This document shows, piece after piece, positions 56,592 to 64,000 of a DNA stretch of 64,000 bases. The stretch is from Candidatus Latescibacterota bacterium. GTDB taxonomy: Bacteria > Latescibacterota > UBA2968 > UBA8231. The number at the start of each line of letters is the position of its first letter. The stretch's first letter is position 1. The stretch lies in assembly GCA_965204725.1 (NCBI GenBank), contig OZ242005.1, positions 1,856,001-1,920,000 on the forward strand, written 5' to 3'. A model generated the notes under the pieces. That model was given only the letters and a program-made list of their open reading frames with translations. It had not been told where the DNA came from and did not search any database. The position numbers were made by a program, and so were the translations under genes.

Positions 56592-57773
56592 GTGAATCAA
56601 CGGGCAGACATCTACAGCCGAAACATTGTATTGGGACGAGGCTTGGCTCCGGTCCCAGAGCGTCTGCTCCTTGCTCATGCACGAGGAGAAGTTCTATTTA
56701 TTGCCGGGGCTGGCGTTTCAATGGATGCAGGATTGCCGAACTTTCGCGAGCTAGTCGTAAAGGTGTATAAGGAACTAGATCCAGTGGTGCATTCCGTTAT
56801 TTCAAATAACAGTCAAGGGCCTCAAGACTTGACCGATGAACAAAAGGCCGAGGTTAAGCGTTTCGACAAAGGCGAATACGATGTCGTCTTGGGTATGCTC
56901 GAGCGAAGAATCGAAGGCCAAGAGAAGACTCAGAGTCTAGTCAGGCAGAAGATCGGAAACATACTCCGCCCCACGGGCCTAAAGCCTGCTCCCATTCATC
57001 GCGCCCTGATGCGTCTATCCGATCGCGGCGGTACAGTAACAATCATCACGACGAATTTCGACCTCCTCTTTGAAAAAGCCGCTAGCAACATGAAATTTCC
57101 GATCCAGACGTACACACTCGGCGGAATACCCAGACCAACGCTGAGAGCAGAATTCAGCGGCGTCCTGCATATACACGGCACCTTAGACCGCAACCCTCAG
57201 CGCACGTCTGACCTTATCGTTTCCGACCAAGATTTCGGCGAGTTCTATTTGCGCCGGCGAATAGCCTCTGATCTGATTTACGACGCCGCACGTTTGTATA
57301 ACTTGGTCCTCGTGGGCTATAGTGCGAACGACCCACCGATGAGATACCTGTTGAGTGCGGTCGCTGCGGATACGGCGCGTTTTCCCGATCTCAAGGAACG
57401 GTTCATATTCGTCGGAATGAGCGAAGACGATCCAGTAGAATTAGCAGATTGGCGGGCGCGTGGTATTACACCGATTCAATATATCACTCAAGGCCAAGAT
57501 CACTCCCAGCTTCAGAACACATTAGCTCAATGGGCCGAATTCTCTATGTTCAACAGCAGTACGCGCCCCATCGACAGTACGCTAAAGAAAATTGTGCAGT
57601 CTAAGAGAACAGATGCCAGCCAAGACAATCGCGATTTATTCGACCACTTCATTCGCCGTAGTGCGATTGAGCCAAACGAGCGTGAACGCTTGACTGCCCT
57701 ACTTTACGATTACCAAGCAAATTTGGAATGGGTAGAAGCGGCCTCAGACGTTTGGGAGGAAAGCGAGTCGTAG
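56592..57773 (+). CDS. SIR2 (sirtuin NADase) domain, Dsr1-like N-terminal part
   Basis: VLFIAGAGVSMDAGLP, ITTNFD, LHIHG, VGYSANDP, WRARGITPI; GTG start after AGAGGA. Confidence 0.85.
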   Translation: MNQRADIYSRNIVLGRGLAPVPERLLLAHARGEVLFIAGAGVSMDAGLPNFRELVVKVYKELDPVVHSVISNNSQGPQDLTDEQKAEVKRFDKGEYDVVLGMLERRIEGQEKTQSLVRQKIGNILRPTGLKPAPIHRALMRLSDRGGTVTIITTNFDLLFEKAASNMKFPIQTYTLGGIPRPTLRAEFSGVLHIHGTLDRNPQRTSDLIVSDQDFGEFYLRRRIASDLIYDAARLYNLVLVGYSANDPPMRYLLSAVAADTARFPDLKERFIFVGMSEDDPVELADWRARGITPIQYITQGQDHSQLQNTLAQWAEFSMFNSSTRPIDSTLKKIVQSKRTDASQDNRDLFDHFIRRSAIEPNERERLTALLYDYQANLEWVEAASDVWEESES

Positions 57774-60461
57774 ATGAAACTGCTCCAGCTTAGTCTGAAT
57801 ACAAGAGATCAAGCCAAGGTGCATTCCACGGCTGCCCTTTTCAAAGGTCGCTTAGAAAAAAAAGAAACCATTGAATGGGCACTGGGTTTTGGTCCCAATG
57901 ACACACTCAAACGATGGGCGATCCTATATCTGCTAAGCACATCGGAAGGAATTAACCTCCGCGAACCTTGGCGTTCCGCTTGGCGTCTGATCGAAGAATT
58001 TTGGGACGAACCCGTTCATGAAGAACATTACGGACGGCTAGGCGTTTATGATGTTCAGGAACGCTTGCGCTCCGGGGAGCGGTCTGGCGCACTTGTGTCG
58101 GCTATCGTCGATCTCGTTGCACCGAGGCTATCGATTGAAGCCTACGGACATTGGGAACTCCAACTCCGCAAACCTCCCAAGCGGCCAAAGACGTTTCGCT
58201 ATCTTTTTCGGGCTAGTCTGACAAGTGGAGAAATTGTCGATCCAGCTTTTTGGGGCTTGCAAGAACTAACTGACGGCGAATTCCTCATTTCTCTCGCCAA
58301 CGCGTTAGATGCCGCGGTCATACGCGGACTAGATATTGGGCGACGCATCGGATGGAGACCACATCTTTTTCTCAAGCGCGTGTATTACGTATCAGAGTCT
58401 GAACGCGGCGAAGGAAATGACGAACCTGATGAGTGTGCGCAAGGAATTGCACCATCGGTAAAGCTACTTTACTCGATCGTTTCGCGGCTCGTCGATATAG
58501 ATCGCCCCACCGCGCTTGGTTTTATTAGCCGCTGGAAACGGCAAGATTCTCCGATCCATTTGCGGCTCTGGTCCGCTATGTCGCGTGATTCTCAGATTAC
58601 ACCCGCTGCTGAGGTCGGTGATTTTATCCTTCACTTAAAAAAAGAAGCCTTCTGTGACGTGGAGCACCATCCAGAAATTGCCGAACTACGCGCCCGGCAC
58701 TTCTCCGAATTAGATGACGCCACACAAAAGGCGATCACTAAAAAGATACGCAGGGGGCCATCTCGCCATTTATGGCCTAAGAATGCAGAAGCGGAACTCA
58801 TTGAGAAAGGCCGCCGCCACTGGATTGTCCGGGAACTGAAACGCATTGAAGTCGCCGGGGCTACCCTCCCGCAACACGATAAAATCTGGCTGGAATCGAA
58901 CATTGGACGATTTCCCGCTTTAGCCAAAATGAACCGAATCGATGAGGGATTTTTGGAATCCCCGCAGGGGCACAGAGTTCCGAGCAATCCCGATCGCGCC
59001 TTGGACTCCCTTGAAGGTATTGCTCGGCTGCAAGTACTGGAACAGAAACTCTCAGCCCCGCTCCATGGATGGGATGATGACTCAGCAGGCAGCGCATCGG
59101 ATTGGATAAAAGAAGAAGGCAACCCCATGCGGGTTTTACGGGATATGGAGTCAAGCCCCGATGGTGGAGCGGAGTTCCCACAGGTCTGGGAACGCTTGGG
59201 TTGGGCGCATTCTAGTTCAGAGAACCAAATTCAAAGAACCTGTGTTCGCACACTACTTGTCCTTCTCGCAAAGTTGCCCGAAAAAACTCTATCCCAAGCC
59301 ATCCAAGGCATTTCCCATTGGCTCAGTTGTTGGGAAAAAGCCATCGTCGTCGCGCCGGAATGGCCTGTGGTTTGGTGCCGTGTTTGGCCATTAGCAGTCA
59401 AGGCAACTAATGCAATGCAGCCATCAAACCAAGAGCCCGATCTTAACATTGTCATGCCGGCCGCTTCCGACGGCTCTACCGATCTGGATACATTAAACAC
59501 ACCCGCGGGAAAACTTGTTGGCGTATTCTTAGCTGCTTGTCCGAATCTAGAAAAAAACCCTCGGCCATTTAATGACGCTAGCGACTTGGGAAAAATGAGG
59601 AATGATGTTATCAACGCTCCGAGACATTCGGGCTTGATCGCCAAGCATCGGATGATAGAGGAACTAAGCTACTTTCTATCCGCCGACAAAGAATGGACTA
59701 AAGAGCACCTCATTCGTCCCCTTCGCAGAGACGATGCCGGCGCATTGGCCCTCTGGCGTGCGGTCAGTCGTCGGACGCGATTCAAAAACGTATTGAACAT
59801 TATTGGTGACGACATGGTGGAGCGAACTAGGGATGACCAACTCGACCGCAAGACCCGCCATTCGCTTGCCTTCAGCCTTGTGGTCGAGTCTCTTCATGCT
59901 TTACGAGAAAGACGCGACCCCGCGGTTGCACAAGATCGCATTCAGCAAATGATACGGTTGCTGGAAGCCGAAGTGCGTACATACTGTGCGGCAGCGATAA
60001 CTCGCTTTGTAAGCGACCTTTCGGAAAATAACGAGCATTCACCAGAGCATCTGTTCCAAGCAGCAGTCAAGCCCTTCCTGCAACAAGTCTGGCCTCCAGA
60101 GCACTCGCTGGTGTCGCCGGGGATCAGCAGGAGACTCTCCAAGCTGCCAGCACTTACTCACGGTGAATTCGCCAACGCCGTGGACACTATCGAGCGTTTC
60201 CTCATGCCGTTCGATTGCCGGACAATGTTCAATTATGGACTGTACGGCGGCGACGACAGGGATCCAAAACTGCCAATGATTGACGACGAAGCCAAAGCCG
60301 AAGCACTGTTGCGCCTTCTCGATCGGACGGTCGGGACCGCGGACAACGCGGTAATCCCTTACAATCTGGGCGATGCCCTTGAGCAGGTGCGGAAAGTCGC
60401 GCCCAATCTCGCTCGGACGCAAAAATATCGTCGGCTCGCAACGGCGGCTCGGCGGGCGTGA
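57774..60461 (+). CDS. Large helical protein, probable sensor/C-terminal partner of the Dsr1-like sirtuin
   Basis: 895 aa; ATG immediately follows the SIR2 TAG in the same frame; LNTPAGKL motif, Trp-rich helices. Confidence 0.65.
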   Translation: MKLLQLSLNTRDQAKVHSTAALFKGRLEKKETIEWALGFGPNDTLKRWAILYLLSTSEGINLREPWRSAWRLIEEFWDEPVHEEHYGRLGVYDVQERLRSGERSGALVSAIVDLVAPRLSIEAYGHWELQLRKPPKRPKTFRYLFRASLTSGEIVDPAFWGLQELTDGEFLISLANALDAAVIRGLDIGRRIGWRPHLFLKRVYYVSESERGEGNDEPDECAQGIAPSVKLLYSIVSRLVDIDRPTALGFISRWKRQDSPIHLRLWSAMSRDSQITPAAEVGDFILHLKKEAFCDVEHHPEIAELRARHFSELDDATQKAITKKIRRGPSRHLWPKNAEAELIEKGRRHWIVRELKRIEVAGATLPQHDKIWLESNIGRFPALAKMNRIDEGFLESPQGHRVPSNPDRALDSLEGIARLQVLEQKLSAPLHGWDDDSAGSASDWIKEEGNPMRVLRDMESSPDGGAEFPQVWERLGWAHSSSENQIQRTCVRTLLVLLAKLPEKTLSQAIQGISHWLSCWEKAIVVAPEWPVVWCRVWPLAVKATNAMQPSNQEPDLNIVMPAASDGSTDLDTLNTPAGKLVGVFLAACPNLEKNPRPFNDASDLGKMRNDVINAPRHSGLIAKHRMIEELSYFLSADKEWTKEHLIRPLRRDDAGALALWRAVSRRTRFKNVLNIIGDDMVERTRDDQLDRKTRHSLAFSLVVESLHALRERRDPAVAQDRIQQMIRLLEAEVRTYCAAAITRFVSDLSENNEHSPEHLFQAAVKPFLQQVWPPEHSLVSPGISRRLSKLPALTHGEFANAVDTIERFLMPFDCRTMFNYGLYGGDDRDPKLPMIDDEAKAEALLRLLDRTVGTADNAVIPYNLGDALEQVRKVAPNLARTQKYRRLATAARRA

Positions 60462-60790
60462 TGGTAAGGTTGCAAAAATCGGAAACGTTCATACCAATCA
60501 TGGTGGACCGCATCGTGAGCACCTTCCAGCCTGTACAGATAGTCCTGTTCGGATCCCATGCACGGGGCACAGCAACCGAATGGAGCGACGTTGACTTGCT
60601 CGTAATTCTGCCCAAGGTGTCCAACAAACGGAACGCGGCCGTCGAAATCCGCCGAGCCTTGGGCGATCTGCCAGTCAGCAAGGACATCGTGGTAGCGACA
60701 TCCGAGGAAGTCGCTCGCCGCGGGCACCTTGTGGGAACCACGTTGCGTTCAGCACTCCGCGAAGGAAAGATTCTTTATGAACGACCCTAA
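60458..60790 (+). CDS. Minimal nucleotidyltransferase (MNT antitoxin)
   Basis: IVLFGSHARG...SDVDLLV. Confidence 0.85.
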   Translation: MMVRLQKSETFIPIMVDRIVSTFQPVQIVLFGSHARGTATEWSDVDLLVILPKVSNKRNAAVEIRRALGDLPVSKDIVVATSEEVARRGHLVGTTLRSALREGKILYERP

Positions 60791-60893
60791 ACTCGTCGCC
60801 GAAGCGCACCGCAGGTTCGCCAAGCTGTCGAGGCAGGAGATGCTGGCCGAGGGCGGGCTGTTCGGCAAAGACAATACGGGAGGTGCAACATGA
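60777..60893 (+). pseudogene. Chimeric 38-aa remnant: presumed HEPN start fused to a duplicate of the MTase C-terminus
   Basis: [30 protein letters not shown]; 60817-60865 matches 56522-56570 at 45/49 nt. Confidence 0.6.
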
Positions 60894-61735
60894 ACACATC
60901 GAATATGACTTTCACTGAACGAATCGCAGCATATACATGGCGGATACTCAAACACTCATGGGAGTATAACGTCCGGTTGGGCGAGGAGACGCTGACTGAT
61001 CTACTCACTCTGAATTTCATGCGCTTTAAGCCGAGTTATTACATACTACTTCCAATCAATAAACAAGAGGAATCGAAGATAGGTGCTGACTTGGATATCC
61101 GAATCCACGCAGGAGATCATCGGGCCTACTGGTTTGCAGTGCAAGCCAAGAAGCTATTTCCGCCTAATAAGAGATACTCTGGGTGCTACTATACTTTCAA
61201 AGTAAAATCGTCGGGACCCTCTCAGATAGACATTCTTGAGACGTACTCTCGGAGTGTAGGTGCCATCCCATTTTATCTTCTGTACAACTACGTAGATCAG
61301 CGCAATATGCAACCATATTGGCACTGCTGTCAGTGTCTCGACAAAGAACAACTGGGTTGTACCCTAGTACCTAGCTGGACCATTCGCCGAGCGATCTCAA
61401 CTCGCAGAGGCAGAAACTTCAAGTGGATTCACAAATCATGCGACGCATTGCCTTGGCGTTGCCTTTTTGACTGCTCTAAGGGACGAAACCACCAATTGCT
61501 GCCCTCAGCCTGCCGTAGTCTGTCCATGTTTCACGAATCATCCCAACAATCGGACGATGACCAGAATTACGACTGGGTAAACTTTGAACCAGTGGACGGT
61601 GCTTGGCCGGAATGGCTGTGGGAACAACAGGGCTCAACGTTGTCGGCTGAAGATCGTCAGCGGTTGTGGGGAGACCTCGGTGAGGCTGTCGAGATACCCC
61701 GTCGTCTTCTTTTGGTCAAGGGGGGAACGGAATGA
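60890..61735 (+). CDS. Putative PD-(D/E)xK nuclease-fold protein (DUF6615-like)
   Basis: GEETLTD, EESKIGADLD, FAVQAKKL, QIDIL, PFYLLYN; lower GC than the flanks. Confidence 0.65.
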   Translation: MNTSNMTFTERIAAYTWRILKHSWEYNVRLGEETLTDLLTLNFMRFKPSYYILLPINKQEESKIGADLDIRIHAGDHRAYWFAVQAKKLFPPNKRYSGCYYTFKVKSSGPSQIDILETYSRSVGAIPFYLLYNYVDQRNMQPYWHCCQCLDKEQLGCTLVPSWTIRRAISTRRGRNFKWIHKSCDALPWRCLFDCSKGRNHQLLPSACRSLSMFHESSQQSDDDQNYDWVNFEPVDGAWPEWLWEQQGSTLSAEDRQRLWGDLGEAVEIPRRLLLVKGGTE

Positions 61736-61832
61736 GAGCTATAAATCTGGCTCAGTCCGGACGCTTTCGTGAGAGAGGATCGAGGGCCGGACGCTTGCTG
61801 CGAGCAATCGCACTGATCCATATCGTTCAAGA

Positions 61833-61926
61833 CTGGATTCCCGCTTGCGCGAGAATGACGCCTTATAGGCAAAAAAGACGGTGCCGATCAACACTTCATG
61901 CCTTCAAGTCATTTAGGACTGCTATA
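61833..61926. repeat. Family B REP plus family C terminal motif
   Basis: CTGGATTCCCGCTTGCGCGAGAATGAC; AAGTCATTTAGGACTGCTATA. Confidence 0.65.
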
Positions 61927-61937
61927 GCACGAGAAAA

Positions 61938-62288
61938 CTACTCGTCCTCTGGCCAAGCCCGGCGCAAAGCCGCCAGACCCGGCCCAAAATCTTCCGGCGC
62001 ATCGAGTACGGCGACTTTGCGAGCCGCCATTTCTTCCAATAATACGGCCACGGGCAACCCGGCCCGTTCAGCCGCACCCCGCAGATCAACCTCGGCTTCT
62101 TGGTAGGCGCGGATGGCCTCGGACACGCGGAACCGCTCCATACCAACCAGCACCCATTGACGCATGAGAGCCGCCTCTGAATAGGCCGTATTCGCCACCA
62201 AATGCGCGAGTTGGTCGGCTTCCTCCGGCCGCAGACGAATGGATTTGGTCACCCGGCAGGGCGTTTTCTTGGTAGTATGCTGGCTCAT
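61938..62288 (-). CDS. UPF0175-like antitoxin (RHH + HTH)
   Basis: KSIRL, AALMRQW, AIRAYQEAEVDLRGAAERAGL. Confidence 0.7.
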   Translation of the reverse strand: MSQHTTKKTPCRVTKSIRLRPEEADQLAHLVANTAYSEAALMRQWVLVGMERFRVSEAIRAYQEAEVDLRGAAERAGLPVAVLLEEMAARKVAVLDAPEDFGPGLAALRRAWPEDE

Positions 62289-62423
62289 TCTATCGGTCTC
62301 CTCGGGATTCGGCTGTTTTCTTCTTCATGATCTGAAAATAAACATTAGATTCTACTTTTGTCCGAATGCCAAGACTTGCAAATTATTGACTTACGCACGC
62401 GACCCTTACTTTGCGTCCGCCTT

Positions 62424-62665
62424 TTCTGCGGCTCCCGCTGCGGCCGGGAATCGAGGGCGTCCCGCCCTCAACGAGGGCAAGATGCCCTCGATCCGTGGAA
62501 GGCGCTTCTGCGGCTCCCGCTGCGGCCGGGAATCGAGGGCGTCCCGCCCTCAACGAGGGCAAGATGCCCTCGATCCGTAGAAGGCGTTTCTGCGGCTCCC
62601 GCTGCGGCCGGGATCGAGGGCGTCCCGCCCTCGACGAGGGCAAGATGCCCTCGATCCGTGGGAAG
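62424..62665. repeat. Tandem array of three ~82-bp units, each containing a family A REP doublet (BIME-like)
   Basis: Units start at 62424, 62506 and 62588: TTCTGCGGCTCCCGCTGCGGCCGGG(A)ATCGAGGGCGTCCCGCCCTC..CGAGGGCAAGATGCCCTCGATCCGT. Confidence 0.9.
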
Positions 62666-62713
62666 CGGAGGGCAGAGGGTGGGTAATAAAATCAAAACCA
62701 TAAGGAAGTACTC

Positions 62714-64000
62714 ATGGCTATTACCAATCAAGACCGCGTCGGCAAAGCCCTCGAACTCCTCAAGGCCGGGCTCGGCCCCTTTGTCGAGCGCGAGGTGCAA
62801 AACAAAATCGAGGCCGGTCGCGTCCAGCTAGACGTAATCCGGCGCTTTGTCGATGATCCACACCTGACGGACAAGCCCATCGCAAAATGGGACGTGGCCG
62901 CGCTCCTCAAGCTGATGTGGGAAACGTGGAACGACGTGTTCCGCAGTGTGCTGGGCCGGGTTGAGCGCAGCCTCGTCAGCGAAATCCGCGACCAACGCAA
63001 CAAGTGGGCGCACCAAAACAGCTTCTCCAGCGACGATGCCGACCGCACCCTCGACTCCATCGCCCGCCTGCTAACAGCCATCTCCGCGCCACAGGCCGAC
63101 GAGGTCCAGCACCTGAAGATGGAACTGCGCCGTCTGGTTTTTGAAGAGCAGGCGCGCACTGAACGCCGCCGCGGCGCGGGCACCACCGTTGAGAGCCAAG
63201 TCACCGGCAGCCTAAAGCCTTGGCGCGAGGTCGTGGCCCCGCATCGCGACGTGGCCAGCGGCGGCTACCAACAGGCCGAATTCGCCGCCGACCTGTGGCA
63301 GGTCCATCTCGGCCAAGGAACCGACGAGTACCGCAATCCAGTAGAATTCTTTCGCCGCACCTACCTCACCGAAAGCCTGAAGAGCTTGCTGAGCGGAGCG
63401 ATGCAGCGGCTAAGTGGCCAAGGCGGCGACCCGGTGGTGGAGCTACAAACCAACTTCGGCGGCGGCAAGACCCACTCCATGCTGGCCCTGTACCATCTAT
63501 TCTCAGGAATGCCAACCGGCGAGTTGCTGGGCATCAACGACCTGATGGCGGCGAGCGAAATCGCCGAGCGGCCCGAGCACGTCAAACGGGTCGTGCTGGT
63601 CGGCACCAAAATCTCGCCCGGCACCCCGTCGACCAAGGACGACGGCACCGTGGTCCGCACACTGTGGGGCGAACTGGCTTGGCAACTCGGCGGCAAGGCG
63701 GCCTTCGACAAAGTTCGGCAAGACGACGAGCGCGCCACCAACCCGGGCGACACCCTCCGCGAACTAATGAACGAATACGGGCCGTGCCTCATTTTGATCG
63801 ACGAATGGGTCGCCTATGCCCGCCAGTTGCACGACGACGCCGACCTGCCGGCCGGCCGCTTTGAAACCCACTTCAGCTTTGCCCAAACCTTGACCGAATC
63901 CGCCCGAGCGGCGAGCCGCTGTCTGCTGGTGATTAGCTTGCCATCCTCAGATACGGCGGCCTCTCCCCACGCCCAAGGCGAAGACGAGGAAGTCGGCGGC
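62714..64000 (+). CDS. Swt1-like HEPN + DUF499 ATPase (partial, runs off the window; not in the ORF track)
   Basis: MAITNQDRVGKALELL, RNKWAHQ, PWREVVAPHRDV, AEFAADL, LQTNFGGGKTH, LIDEWVAYAR. Confidence 0.9.
   Translation, partial: MAITNQDRVGKALELLKAGLGPFVEREVQNKIEAGRVQLDVIRRFVDDPHLTDKPIAKWDVAALLKLMWETWNDVFRSVLGRVERSLVSEIRDQRNKWAHQNSFSSDDADRTLDSIARLLTAISAPQADEVQHLKMELRRLVFEEQARTERRRGAGTTVESQVTGSLKPWREVVAPHRDVASGGYQQAEFAADLWQVHLGQGTDEYRNPVEFFRRTYLTESLKSLLSGAMQRLSGQGGDPVVELQTNFGGGKTHSMLALYHLFSGMPTGELLGINDLMAASEIAERPEHVKRVVLVGTKISPGTPSTKDDGTVVRTLWGELAWQLGGKAAFDKVRQDDERATNPGDTLRELMNEYGPCLILIDEWVAYARQLHDDADLPAGRFETHFSFAQTLTESARAASRCLLVISLPSSDTAASPHAQGEDEEVGG

Noticed and set aside
62424-62665. Possible CRISPR array
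   Set aside because: The inter-repeat segments are identical rather than unique spacers, the repeat is the dispersed REP doublet, and no cas genes are present.
1-64000. tRNA, rRNA, integrase or prophage genes
   Set aside because: None recognised by eye; a covariance-model scan would be needed to exclude small RNAs.

Overview
A GC-rich bacterial chromosomal window. The gene content (many enolase-superfamily, Gfo/Idh/MocA, PhyH, Uma2 and DUF4143 genes, plus a 'TAVxxTSWGxxK' C-terminal motif) resembles Latescibacterota/Poribacteria-type marine or sponge bacteria; this is inference only. A catabolic and transport backbone (about 14.4-52.3 kb) lies between two defence regions. Left island (3.0-14.2 kb): a Bub/DUF6527-type ubiquitination-like operon (multi-Ubl, Cys-less E2, JAB-E1, DUF6527) translationally coupled to an OLD-like ATPase-TOPRIM gene, a divergent HTH + IrrE/ImmA peptidase pair, and a type I R-M system with a single-TRD HsdS. 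An 18-bp inverted repeat brackets the island. Right region (52.5-64 kb): a DUF1156 methyltransferase / DUF499 ATPase (restriction-like) locus with swapped accessory cassettes, including a Dsr1-like sirtuin split by an in-frame TAG-ATG junction. The most unusual observation is an intact REP-associated tyrosine transposase (RAYT, HUH/Y1) with its flanking REP hairpins, inserted in-frame in the middle of the DUF1156 methyltransferase. The same REP family recurs across the window in doublets, nested MITE-like elements and a tandem array. Other points: a tandem triplication of a diversifying SGNH hydrolase, several orphan antitoxins and gene remnants. Family assignments come from motif recognition, not database searches.
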